Shown here: one piece after another, positions 18,250 to 26,833 of the stretch | How the letters are laid out: every line of letters begins with the position of its first letter | Numbering within the stretch: position 1 is the first letter of the stretch | Assembly: GCA_947365965.1 (NCBI GenBank) | Contig: CANAZG010000004.1 | Span: 2,919 to 66,918 of the forward strand | Direction of reading: 5' to 3' | Source: an uncultured Clostridia bacterium | GTDB lineage: Bacteria > Bacillota > Clostridia > Oscillospirales > Oscillospiraceae | Length of the DNA: 64,000 nucleotides | Position numbers and translations under genes: made by a program | Notes under the pieces: model-generated | Told to the model about the DNA's origin: nothing | Database searches by the model: none | The model's input: the letters and a program-made list of their open reading frames with translations, nothing else

Positions 18250-19008
18250 GTGGGCAAGATCATAACCATCGTCAATCAGAAGGGCGGCGTAGGTAAGACC
18301 ACCACCTGCGTCAGCCTCACCGCCGCCCTGGGGGAGAAGGGAAAGAAGGTCCTTCTCTGCGACTTTGATCCCCAGGCCAACGCCACGTCCGGCATGGGCG
18401 TGGACAAAACCCTATCCCAGGGGATCTACGACGTGCTGCTCAATGGCGTGGAGCCCCAGAAGCGGGTGGTCTCCACCCGATATGGGGATGTGCTCCCCTC
18501 CTCCAAGGGGCTGGCCGGAGCCGGCGTGGAGCTGGTGGGGGTCCAGGACCGGGAGCACCTGCTGCGCCGGGCTCTGGAGCAGCTGTCCCCCAGCTATGAT
18601 TACATATTCGTGGACTGCCCTCCCTCCCTGGAGCTGCTGACCCTCAACGGCCTGTGCGCCGCGGACAGCGCCCTGGTGCCGGTGCAGAGCGAGTATTTCG
18701 CCCTGGAGGGGCTCAGCGATTTGATGTACACCATCCGGGCGGTCCGGCGGGCCCTGAATCCCCAGCTGGAACTGGAGGGGGTGCTGCTGACCATGTTTGA
18801 CAGCCGGACCAATCTGGCGGTCCAGGTAGCGGAGGAGGTCAAGCGGTTCTTCCCCGGCAAGGTCTACAGCACGGTGATCCCCCGGAATGTGCGCCTCAGC
18901 GAGGCCCCCAGCCACGGAAAGCCTATCTGCGCCTATGACCGGGCCTCCCGGGGATGCGAGGCCTACGCGGCCCTGGCGGAGGAATTTCTTCGCAAAAACA
19001 ACCACTGA
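18250..19008 (+). CDS. soj: ParA/Soj chromosome partitioning ATPase
   Basis: 252 aa. GTG start. Deviant Walker A NQKGGVGKTTT. Confidence 0.9.
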   Translation: MGKIITIVNQKGGVGKTTTCVSLTAALGEKGKKVLLCDFDPQANATSGMGVDKTLSQGIYDVLLNGVEPQKRVVSTRYGDVLPSSKGLAGAGVELVGVQDREHLLRRALEQLSPSYDYIFVDCPPSLELLTLNGLCAADSALVPVQSEYFALEGLSDLMYTIRAVRRALNPQLELEGVLLTMFDSRTNLAVQVAEEVKRFFPGKVYSTVIPRNVRLSEAPSHGKPICAYDRASRGCEAYAALAEEFLRKNNH

Positions 19009-19034
19009 CCTGTCGGAAGGAGGATATAAACCCT

Positions 19035-19904
19035 ATGGCGTTAAAGGAAAAAGGCATGGGTAAGGGGCTGGGCGCCCTGCTGGGAGATGATTTCTCCGCC
19101 GACTTCTCCGCCCCTGCCTCCACCATTCCCCTGTCCCAGATCGAGAGCTGCCGGGCCCAGCCCCGGAAGAGCTTTGACCAGGAAAAGCTGGAGGAGCTGG
19201 CGGACTCCATCCGGCAGCACGGTGTGATCCAGCCCCTGACGGTGCGTAAGCTCTCCTCCGGGTATTACCAGATCATCGCCGGGGAGCGGCGGTGGCGGGC
19301 GGCCCGGATGGCGGCCCTGACGGATGTTCCTGCGGTGGTGATCGAGGCCGATGACCAGAAGGCCATGGAGCTGGCCATGATTGAGAACCTCCAGCGGGAG
19401 GACCTGAACCCCATGGAGGAGGCCGAGGGCTTTCGGGCCCTGGTCTCCAACTACGGCATGACCCAGGAGGAGGCGGCCCGGCGGGTGGGCAAGTCCCGCA
19501 GCGCTGTGGCCAACGCCATGCGGCTCCTGGATCTCTCCCCTGCCCTTCAGGAGCTGGTGACGGAGGGACAGCTCTCCGCCGGCCACGCCCGGGCCCTGCT
19601 CCCCCTCTCCCCCGCCCTGCGGGTGGAGGCGGCAAAGGCGGTCATAGACGGAGGCCTCAACGTCCGGCAGACAGAGCAGCTGGTGAAGCGGCTCCAGAGC
19701 CGGGCTGAGGAGGAGGAAGCGCCGGAGAAAAAGGACGCTCCGGCGGTGGACTATGTGGCGGAGGCGGAGAAATCCCTGTCCGCCCGGCTGGGCCGGGCCT
19801 GCCGCATCTCCCACGGCAAGAAGAAGGGCAAGGTGGAGATTGCCTACTACGGCGTGGACGATCTGAACCGTCTGCTGGATGCTCTGGAGAGCTTGGGAAA
19901 ATAG
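19035..19904 (+). CDS. spo0J: ParB/Spo0J chromosome partitioning protein
   Basis: ORF track gives 18954..19904. Start moved to ATG 19035 (GGAAGGAGG SD). GERRWRAA motif and an HTH. parS sites flank the operon. Confidence 0.9.
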   Translation: MALKEKGMGKGLGALLGDDFSADFSAPASTIPLSQIESCRAQPRKSFDQEKLEELADSIRQHGVIQPLTVRKLSSGYYQIIAGERRWRAARMAALTDVPAVVIEADDQKAMELAMIENLQREDLNPMEEAEGFRALVSNYGMTQEEAARRVGKSRSAVANAMRLLDLSPALQELVTEGQLSAGHARALLPLSPALRVEAAKAVIDGGLNVRQTEQLVKRLQSRAEEEEAPEKKDAPAVDYVAEAEKSLSARLGRACRISHGKKKGKVEIAYYGVDDLNRLLDALESLGK

Positions 19905-19941
19905 AATATCCGTATTAATCCGCTGAAAGGACGGGGAGAAT

Positions 19942-20157
19942 ATGATCTGGACGATTATCGGCGGCCTGTTCCTGCTGCTCCTTGGCGCTGCGGCCTTTCT
20001 GTGGCCGAAGACTGTGTGGGAGATCACGGAGCGGTGGAAACTCAATGGCGACGGGGAGCCCTCGGACTTCTATCTGGCTTTTACAAAGTACGGCGGCCTC
20101 TTGCTGGCCCTGCTGGGTCTGGCCGGCGTTCTGACGGCGCTCTTTGTCCATGGATGA
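19942..20157 (+). CDS. Small two-TM membrane protein
   Basis: 71-aa ORF with a GGGGAG SD and two hydrophobic helices. Confidence 0.5.
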   Translation: MIWTIIGGLFLLLLGAAAFLWPKTVWEITERWKLNGDGEPSDFYLAFTKYGGLLLALLGLAGVLTALFVHG

Positions 20158-20176
20158 TTCTCCCCTAACAGCTTTT

Positions 20177-20232
20177 CTAAAGTTTTTCTTTTTGATTCTT
20201 TTTCTTTGTTCACAAAGAAAAAGAATGATTAC
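20177..20232 (-). repeat. AT-rich hairpin repeat, copy 4 (R)
   Basis: TCTAAAGTTTTTCTTTTTGATTCTTTTTCTTTGTTCACAAAGAAAAAGAATGATTACC. Confidence 0.85.
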
Positions 20233-20251
20233 CAAACATAGAAAGACGGCA

Positions 20252-20267
20252 TGTTTCACGTGAAACA
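20252..20267. other. parS site 3 (perfect TGTTTCACGTGAAACA)
   Basis: 16/16 match. Centre of a perfect 24-bp palindrome (20248-20271), 17 nt before the serS start. Confidence 0.85.
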
Positions 20268-20283
20268 TGCCGCAGGAGGAGTT

Positions 20284-21588
20284 ATGCTGGATATCAGATT
20301 CATCCGGGAAAACCCGGACATTGTGAAGGAAAACATTAAAAAGAAGTTCCAGGAGGAGAAGCTGCCCCTGGTGGACCGGGCGCTGGCCCTGGACAGCGAA
20401 AACCGGGCCGCCATCACCGAGGCCAGCGAGCTCCGTGCACAGCGGAATACCCTCAGCAAGCAGGTGGGGATGCTCATGGGCCAGGCCAAGAAGGATCCCT
20501 CCAAGCTGGAGGAGGCCGAGGCGGTGAAGGCCCAGGTGAAGGCCAACGCCCAGCGGCTGGCGGAGCTGGAGGCCCGGGAGGCGGAGCTGGAGGCGGAGCT
20601 CCACAAGCTGCTGCTGGTGATCCCCAATATCATTGATCCCTCTGTGCCCATTGGGCCCGACGACAGCGCCAACGTGGAGGTGGAGCGGTTCGGCGAGCCC
20701 GCTGTGCCGGACTTTGACATCCCCTACCACACGGAGATCATGGAGCGATTTGCCGGCATTGATATGGACGCCGCCGGCCGGGTGTCCGGCAACGGATTCT
20801 ATTACCTTATGGGGGACATCGCCCGGCTCCACGAGGCTGTACTGGCCTATGCTCGGGACTTTATGATTGACAAGGGGTTCACCTTCTGCATCCCCCCCTT
20901 CATGATCCACGGCAATGTGGTAGAGGGGGTCATGAGCCAGACGGACATGGACAGCATGATGTACAAGATCGAGGGAGAGGACCTGTACCTCATCGGCACC
21001 AGCGAGCACTCCATGATCGGCAAGTTCATTGACCAGATCCTCTCGGAGAGCCAGCTGCCCCAGACCCTGACCTCCTACTCTCCCTGCTTCCGGAAGGAGA
21101 AGGGGGCCCACGGCATCGAGGAACGGGGCGTGTACCGGATCCACCAGTTCGAGAAGCAGGAGATGATCGTGGTCTGCAAGCCCGAGGAGTCCATGGACTG
21201 GTATGAGAAGATGTGGCGCTACAGCGTGGAACTGTTCCGGAGTCTGGATATCCCGGTGCGGCAGCTGGAGTGCTGCTCCGGCGATCTGGCGGACCTGAAG
21301 GTAAAGAGCTGCGACATCGAGGCCTGGAGTCCCCGGCAGAAGAAGTACTTCGAGGTCTGCTCCTGCTCCAACCTGGGGGACGCCCAGGCCCGGCGGCTGA
21401 AGATCCGGGTCAAGGGGGAGGATGGAAAGAACTACCTGCCCCACACCCTGAACAACACCGTGGTGGCCCCGCCCCGGATGCTCATCGCGTTTCTGGAGAA
21501 CAACCTGCGCGCCGACGGTACTGTGCAGATCCCGGAGCCCCTCCAGCGGTACATGGGCGGCGTGACCCAGCTCACACCCAGGCAGTAA
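20284..21588 (+). CDS. serS: Serine--tRNA ligase
   Basis: Start moved to ATG 20284 (GCAGGAGGAG SD, MLDIRFIRENP) because the in-frame ATG at 20251 lies inside parS. N-terminal coiled coil and class II core. Confidence 0.92.
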   Translation: MLDIRFIRENPDIVKENIKKKFQEEKLPLVDRALALDSENRAAITEASELRAQRNTLSKQVGMLMGQAKKDPSKLEEAEAVKAQVKANAQRLAELEAREAELEAELHKLLLVIPNIIDPSVPIGPDDSANVEVERFGEPAVPDFDIPYHTEIMERFAGIDMDAAGRVSGNGFYYLMGDIARLHEAVLAYARDFMIDKGFTFCIPPFMIHGNVVEGVMSQTDMDSMMYKIEGEDLYLIGTSEHSMIGKFIDQILSESQLPQTLTSYSPCFRKEKGAHGIEERGVYRIHQFEKQEMIVVCKPEESMDWYEKMWRYSVELFRSLDIPVRQLECCSGDLADLKVKSCDIEAWSPRQKKYFEVCSCSNLGDAQARRLKIRVKGEDGKNYLPHTLNNTVVAPPRMLIAFLENNLRADGTVQIPEPLQRYMGGVTQLTPRQ

Positions 21589-21616
21589 GCCCCCTTTTCC
21601 GGAGGTCCGGACTGGC

Positions 21617-21670
21617 GTTCTTTTTGCCTCTTTTTCTCGTAAGAATAAAGAAGGTCAATGAATGATAAAG
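21617..21670 (-). repeat. AT-rich hairpin repeat, degenerate copy (R)
   Basis: GTTCTTTTTGCCTCTTTTTCTCGTAAGAATAAAGAAGGTCAATGAATGAT. The tail and the left arm are recognisable, but the stem is imperfect. It follows the serS stop. Confidence 0.5.
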
Positions 21671-21681
21671 GAGAAACGGCT

Positions 21682-22056
21682 ATGAAGAAGTTCTGGAAGG
21701 TACTGGGGATCACGGCGGCCGTGGCGGCTCTGACTCCCTACCGCATCTACAAGGACGAGGAGACTGGCGAGAAGAAGATCGAGGCCCTCCTCTGGAGAGC
21801 CACCACCGGGACCAATGACGAGGAGAAGATGACCCTGGATGTCAGCGTGGGCATCCAGTCCCCCTTCGCCCCCAAGAGCGAGGAGCCCCTCTTTGAGGAG
21901 GAACTGGTGGCGGAGTTTGAGATTACCGACGAGGACCAGAGCGCCGGCGAGGCGGAGGACGGGGAGGAACCCGCAGAGGAGCCTGCGGTGGCCCAGGAGG
22001 AGACCGAGGCCTCTGAGGAGGATCCGGCCCAGGAGACGGAGGACCCGGCTGAGTAA
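21682..22056 (+). CDS. Hypothetical membrane-anchored acidic protein
   Basis: Start moved to ATG 21682 (AAAGGAG SD, MKKFWKVLGITAAVAAL). The C-terminal half is Glu/Asp/Pro/Ala-rich. Confidence 0.5.
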   Translation: MKKFWKVLGITAAVAALTPYRIYKDEETGEKKIEALLWRATTGTNDEEKMTLDVSVGIQSPFAPKSEEPLFEEELVAEFEITDEDQSAGEAEDGEEPAEEPAVAQEETEASEEDPAQETEDPAE

Positions 22057-22082
22057 GGAAAAAAGGCGGAAAATTTGTACAA

Positions 22083-22475
22083 ATGAAGAAGTTTTTACAG
22101 GAATTCAGAGCCTTCGCCATGCGGGGGAATGTGATGGATCTGGCTGTGGGCGTGATCGTAGGCGGTGCCTTCAGCTCCATCACCACCTCCCTGATTAACG
22201 ACATCATCATGCCCATTGTGGGCATCTTCGTCAGCGAGGCCAGCTTCGCGGACCTGACCCTCAGCGTGGGGGGCGCGGTCATCACCTACGGCAGCTTTAT
22301 TCAGGCCGTCCTCAACTTTGTCATTCTGGCCTTTGTGGTCTTCTGCATGGTCAAGGCGGTAAACCGGGTGGCCCACACCCAGAAGAAGGAGGAGGCCCCC
22401 CCTCCCCCGCCGGCGCCCTCCCATGAGGAGAAGCTTCTGACGGAGATCCGGGATCTGCTCAAGGAGCGGAAATGA
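22083..22475 (+). CDS. mscL: Large-conductance mechanosensitive channel
   Basis: 130 aa. Canonical N-terminus FAMRGNVMDLAVGVIVG. Confidence 0.9.
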   Translation: MKKFLQEFRAFAMRGNVMDLAVGVIVGGAFSSITTSLINDIIMPIVGIFVSEASFADLTLSVGGAVITYGSFIQAVLNFVILAFVVFCMVKAVNRVAHTQKKEEAPPPPPAPSHEEKLLTEIRDLLKERK

Positions 22476-23161
22476 GAGCCACGCTGGAGCAGGGCCTGCC
22501 GGCCCTGGGAATGGGCCTGGAGCTGATAGAGCCCCTGGAGGCCTTCAGCCGGATGCTGCTGGAGAAAAACCAGGTGATGAACCTGACCGCCATCACGGAG
22601 CCCAGGGACGTGGCGGCCCTGCACCTGCTGGACAGTCTGGCGGGAGTGGCCGGCCTGGAGGCCGGGACGGTGGTGGACGTGGGCACCGGGGCCGGGTTTC
22701 CCGGCGTGCCCCTGGCCATCGCCCGGCCCTCCGTCCGGGTAACCCTTCTGGACAGCCTGGGCAAGCGGGTGGACTTCCTGCGGGAGAGCTGCCGGGAGCT
22801 GGGACTGGAGAACGTGGAGTGCGTCCACGGCCGGGCGGAGGAGTTCGCTGGGGAGCGGCGGGAGCGCTTTGATCTGGCCGTCAGCCGGGCAGTAGCCGCC
22901 CTGCCCATGCTGTGCGAGCTGTGCCTGCCCCTGGTGAAGGTGGGCGGAGCCTTTTGGGCCATGAAGAGCGTGGACACCGAGGAGGAGATCAGCGCCTCCA
23001 AGGCCGCTATCAAGCTGCTGGGCGGACATATTCAGACAGTCAGCGACTACACCATCCCCACCACAGAGGTGGTCCACCGGGTGGTGCGCATTCAGAAGAT
23101 CGGGCCCACACCGAAGAAATATCCCAGGCGGTTTGCCCTTATCAAGAAGCAGCCCCTTTGA
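22472..23161 (+). CDS. rsmG: 16S rRNA (guanine527-N7)-methyltransferase
   Basis: 229 aa. ATGA overlap with the mscL stop. SAM motif VVDVGTGAGFPG. Confidence 0.88.
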   Translation: MRATLEQGLPALGMGLELIEPLEAFSRMLLEKNQVMNLTAITEPRDVAALHLLDSLAGVAGLEAGTVVDVGTGAGFPGVPLAIARPSVRVTLLDSLGKRVDFLRESCRELGLENVECVHGRAEEFAGERRERFDLAVSRAVAALPMLCELCLPLVKVGGAFWAMKSVDTEEEISASKAAIKLLGGHIQTVSDYTIPTTEVVHRVVRIQKIGPTPKKYPRRFALIKKQPL

Positions 23162-23165
23162 ATTG

Positions 23166-23228
23166 TGATATTTTCTGTACTTTTTCTTTGTGAACAAAGA
23201 AAAAGTACCAAAAAGAAAAACTTTAGAG
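23166..23228 (+). repeat. AT-rich hairpin repeat, copy 5 (F)
   Basis: ..GTACTTTTTCTTTGTGAACAAAGAAAAAGTACCAAAAAGAAAAACTTTAGAG, 5 nt after the rsmG stop. Confidence 0.85.
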
Positions 23229-23327
23229 ATCTGTATAGCAACTGCTGGCGGCAGCAATATACATTCATTGAAAACGTTCTTTTTAATCTATTTTCGGAGG
23301 TGATGTTCCACGGGTCAGACAATCGCC

Positions 23328-24053
23328 GTGGTGTCCGGAAAAGGTGGCACCGGGAAAACTTCATTCGTAGCCAATGTTGGCATGGCGCTGGCCCAGCTGG
23401 GGCATCCCACCCTCTGTCTGGACTGCGACGTCGGCCTGCGGAACCTGGACATCGCTATGGCGATGACCGACAGCGCGGTGATGGACTTCACCGATGTGAT
23501 GGTGGGCCGATGCACCCTGGAGGAGGCCGCCGCCCGCCATCCCAGGCAGAAAAACCTTTACCTGCTCACCGCTCCTGCCCGGACCGGAGCGGCGGAGATT
23601 GACCGGGAGGCCTTCGGGGCCCTGTTCCCGGAGATCCGGGAACGATTCCACTACTGTCTGGTGGATGCGCCCGCCGGCCTGGGGGCCGGATTCCGGCTGG
23701 CCCTGGCCGGAGCGGATCGGGCCGTGGTGGTGACCACCACCGATGCCAGCAGCCTCCGGGACGCCCAGAGGACGGTCATGGAACTGGAGGACCTGGAGCG
23801 GGGCAGAGTCCATCTGACGGTGAATCGGTGCAAAAAAAAGCTGCTCAAAAGCCTCCACCAGACCATCGACGACGCCATTGACACCGCCGGCCTGCCTCTG
23901 CTGGGGGTGGTGCCAGAGGATGAGACCATGCCCCTCTTTGCCGGACGGGGCACCCCCCTGCTGCTGACCACCAACGACTACGCCGCCCAGGCCTATCGGA
24001 ATATCGCCCGCCGGATTGACGGACAGCGGGCCCAGGTTATGAAAATCAGGTGA
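23328..24053 (+). CDS. MinD/ParA-family P-loop ATPase (N-terminus questionable)
   Basis: 241 aa from GTG 23328 (MVSGKGGTGKTS), but this start has no SD and the usual beta-strand before the P-loop is missing. See the finding on a possible 1-nt frameshift from ATG 23303. Confidence 0.7.
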   Translation: MVSGKGGTGKTSFVANVGMALAQLGHPTLCLDCDVGLRNLDIAMAMTDSAVMDFTDVMVGRCTLEEAAARHPRQKNLYLLTAPARTGAAEIDREAFGALFPEIRERFHYCLVDAPAGLGAGFRLALAGADRAVVVTTTDASSLRDAQRTVMELEDLERGRVHLTVNRCKKKLLKSLHQTIDDAIDTAGLPLLGVVPEDETMPLFAGRGTPLLLTTNDYAAQAYRNIARRIDGQRAQVMKIR

Positions 24054-24101
24054 TTCCTCCACCGCAGCGCTGAGAGACATCACAGAAAGGAAACGATCAT
24101 C

Positions 24102-24515
24102 ATGTACATTGCTCTGATGTCCCACGATAACAAGAAGGACCTCATGGTCCAGTTCTGCACGGCCTACGCCGGCGTCCTCTCCCGCCACAACCTCTGCGCC
24201 ACCAGCACCACGGGCCAGATGGTGGCCGACGCCACAGGCCTCCATGTCCACCGATTCCTCACCTGCCAGCACGGCGGCAGCCAGCAGATCGGCGCACGCA
24301 TCGCCTATAATGAGATGGATATGGTCCTCTTCTTTGTGGACCCCAACGACTCCTCCATGGAGAAGGAGCTGCTGTATATCTCCCGGCTGTGCGATCAGAA
24401 CAACATCCCCTTTGCCTCCAACGTGGCCACGGCGGAGATGCTGGTGCTGGGTATGGACCGGGGCGATCTGGATTGGCGGATGATCGTCAACGCCAAGCAT
24501 AAGATCAGCCGGTAA
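24102..24515 (+). CDS. mgsA: Methylglyoxal synthase
   Basis: 137 aa. MGS-like domain with IALMSHDNKKDLM. Confidence 0.8.
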   Translation: MYIALMSHDNKKDLMVQFCTAYAGVLSRHNLCATSTTGQMVADATGLHVHRFLTCQHGGSQQIGARIAYNEMDMVLFFVDPNDSSMEKELLYISRLCDQNNIPFASNVATAEMLVLGMDRGDLDWRMIVNAKHKISR

Positions 24516-24540
24516 AGCGGTAAAATTCTCCCTTTTTCCA

Positions 24541-24570
24541 TTGACTTTTTCCACAACATGGGCTTATAAT
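24541..24570 (+). promoter_or_regulatory. Candidate promoter of the hisS-aspS T-box leader
   Basis: TTGACT, 18-nt spacer, TATAAT. Confidence 0.65.
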
Positions 24571-24576
24571 GACATC

Positions 24577-24835
24577 TATGGCACACCGCAAGGATGGCGA
24601 CGCAGTACCCCCGCCCACCCCACAGAGAGGGCCTCCCCCGGCTGAAAGGGGCCCGGGACCCAGGACGGGGGGAACGACAGCGCCGGAGCGGGGACGGAGA
24701 CGTCCGCGGTCAGTCCCGCCGCAGCCGGAGGGGACGAAAAGGGCGTGCATGCGCCGAATGTGGGTGGCACCACGAAGTATGACGGTTCGTCATGCTCTCG
24801 TCCCGCTAAGACAGGGGACGGGAGCATTGTTTTAT
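24577..24835 (+). promoter_or_regulatory. T-box leader (riboswitch) upstream of hisS; specifier reads as GAC (Asp)
   Basis: AGUA and AGAGAG stem I elements. T-box sequence AATGTGGGTGGCACCACGA (24757-24775). Terminator CTCGTCCC/GGGACGGG plus a T-run (24796-24835). Candidate specifier GAC-A at 24676-24679. Confidence 0.85.
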
Positions 24836-24889
24836 CAGCAGACGCCCAGGTGATTCAGATATATATTTACGATAAAGGAGAACACAGCT

Positions 24890-26242
24890 ATGAAGGTTCA
24901 GCCCAGGACCCTCTCCGGGTTCATGGAACTCCTCCCCCAGCAGCAGGTCATGATGGAGCGCATCATGGAGACCCTGCGCTCCACCTATGCCCTCTACGGC
25001 TTCACCCCCCTGGATACGCCCATCATTGAGGCCAGCGAGGTGCTCCTGGCCAAGGGCGGCGGGGAGACGGAGAAGCAGATCTACCGCTTCACCAAGGGGG
25101 ACAGCGACCTCTCCCTCCGCTTTGACCTCACCGTGCCCCTGGCCAAGTACGTGTCCATTCACTACAGCGAGCTGGCCTTCCCCTTCCGCCGCTATCAGAT
25201 CGGCAAGGTCTACCGGGGTGAGCGGGCCCAGCGGGGCCGGTTCCGGGAGTTTTATCAGGCGGATATCGACGTAATCGGGGACGGAAAGCTGGACATTGCC
25301 AACGATGCGGAGATGCCCGCCATTATCTACCAGCTGTTCAACCGGCTGGGCCTGAAGAAATTCCAAATCCACGTAAACAACCGGAAGATCCTGGGGGGCT
25401 TCTACGCCATCCTGGATCTCACCGAACAGGCCGGGGACATCATGCGCACCGTGGACAAGCTGCCCAAGATCGGCCAGGATAAGGTCTCCTCCCTGCTCAC
25501 CGGCGAGCTGGGCATCAGCCAGGACAAGGCCGGGGAGATCCTGCGGTTCATCGCCATCCAGGGCTCCAACCAGGAGGTACTCTCAGCCCTGGAGGCCTAC
25601 CGGGGCAGAAATGACCTCTTTGACCAGGGCCTGGAGGAGCTGACCACAGTGGTGAAGTGCCTCTCCGCCTTCGGTGTGCCGGAGGAGAACTTCGCCGTGG
25701 ATCTGACCATCGCCCGAGGCTTGGACTACTACACCGGCACGGTCTACGAGACCTTCATGCTGGATCACCCGGAGATTGGCTCCATCTGCTCCGGGGGCCG
25801 GTATGATAACTTAGCGGAATATTATACGGATAAACTACTGCCTGGAGTGGGCATCTCCATCGGCCTGACCCGGCTGTTCTACGTCCTCCAGGAGCAGAAG
25901 ATGCTCAACCAGGATCTCAACACCGCCCCGGCGGACCTGCTGCTGCTGCCCATGACCGACGATCTCTCCCACGCCATCGCCCTGGCAACCCGGTTCCGGC
26001 AGGCGGGGCTGCGGGTGCAGCTGTACACGGAGCAGAGGAAATTCAAGGCCAAAATGAGCTACGCGGACAAGACCGGCGTACCCTTTGTGGTGTTCCTGGG
26101 GGAGGACGAGATCCGGGAGGGCGTGGTGGCCTGCAAGGACATGGTCTCCGGGGAACAGACCAAGCTGGACTTCCAGGGGACCCTGGACAGGGTCCGGGCG
26201 GAGCTGAACCGGCGCAGTCAGGGCAGCGTGATCAAGTCATAA
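24890..26242 (+). CDS. hisS: Histidine--tRNA ligase
   Basis: 450 aa. Class IIa motifs YRFTKGDSDLSLRFDLTVPLAK and YQIGKVYRGERAQRGRFREFYQADID. Confidence 0.92.
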   Translation: MKVQPRTLSGFMELLPQQQVMMERIMETLRSTYALYGFTPLDTPIIEASEVLLAKGGGETEKQIYRFTKGDSDLSLRFDLTVPLAKYVSIHYSELAFPFRRYQIGKVYRGERAQRGRFREFYQADIDVIGDGKLDIANDAEMPAIIYQLFNRLGLKKFQIHVNNRKILGGFYAILDLTEQAGDIMRTVDKLPKIGQDKVSSLLTGELGISQDKAGEILRFIAIQGSNQEVLSALEAYRGRNDLFDQGLEELTTVVKCLSAFGVPEENFAVDLTIARGLDYYTGTVYETFMLDHPEIGSICSGGRYDNLAEYYTDKLLPGVGISIGLTRLFYVLQEQKMLNQDLNTAPADLLLLPMTDDLSHAIALATRFRQAGLRVQLYTEQRKFKAKMSYADKTGVPFVVFLGEDEIREGVVACKDMVSGEQTKLDFQGTLDRVRAELNRRSQGSVIKS

Positions 26243-26275
26243 CCCCCTGACCTGCCGGGAAAAAGAGAGGGGAGT

Positions 26276-26782
26276 ATGAGAACAAGAAAGCGCCTCATTC
26301 TGTGTATTGGAGCGCTGCTCCTGGCGGCGGCTATGTGCATATGGTACGGGCGGCCCATGACCCTGGAGGAGATCTGTCCCGGCGTGAAGCTGGACCAGTG
26401 TACCAAAATCAACGCTGTTTATTCCACGTACAGCGACAAGGGCCTGAATCAGCAGACCACTCTGCTGCCGGAGGACGAGGCCTTTCCCCGGCTGCTGGAG
26501 CTCCTCCAGGAGCGGCAGTTCTGCCGGTCTCCCCTGTGGTGGATACCCAGAGGAACCAGAACCCACAGGGTAAGCTGTGAGGATTTCAAGTGGGATCTCT
26601 CCCTGTTCTTTGAGAACGTCCCCCTGCCGGACGGCGGTGCCGGAACCGGATATATGCTGCACCTCAATAACTTCTTTGGGGACCTGGACCTGCGCTTCGA
26701 TGGAGAGACCTGGCCAATCCGCACAGCGGACCAGGAACAATGGCTGAGCGATGTGATGGCCCGGATCATGGGCCACAATTAG
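26276..26782 (+). CDS. Hypothetical membrane-anchored protein
   Basis: 168-aa ORF with a GAGAGGGGAG SD and an N-terminal TM helix. It sits between hisS and aspS. Confidence 0.55.
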   Translation: MRTRKRLILCIGALLLAAAMCIWYGRPMTLEEICPGVKLDQCTKINAVYSTYSDKGLNQQTTLLPEDEAFPRLLELLQERQFCRSPLWWIPRGTRTHRVSCEDFKWDLSLFFENVPLPDGGAGTGYMLHLNNFFGDLDLRFDGETWPIRTADQEQWLSDVMARIMGHN

Positions 26783-26833
26783 AAGGAATATTCCACTAAT
26801 ATTATACAATCTGTTTAGAAAGAGGAATGATGT

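Noticed and set aside
20251-20283. The in-frame ATG at 20251 as the serS start (MFHVKHAAGGV...); the same MFHVKH string also appears in other track ORFs.
   Set aside because: The ATG is part of the parS palindrome (ATGTTTCACGTGAAACAT). The real start at 20284 has a strong SD and the canonical SerRS N-terminus. The MFHVKH peptides are translations of parS.
24547-24555. DnaA-box-like TTTTCCACA (also at 42631-42639) as part of oriC.
   Set aside because: These are isolated one-mismatch matches inside a promoter spacer and a terminator tail. There is no cluster and no AT-rich unwinding element. oriC is expected beyond the right edge, near dnaA.
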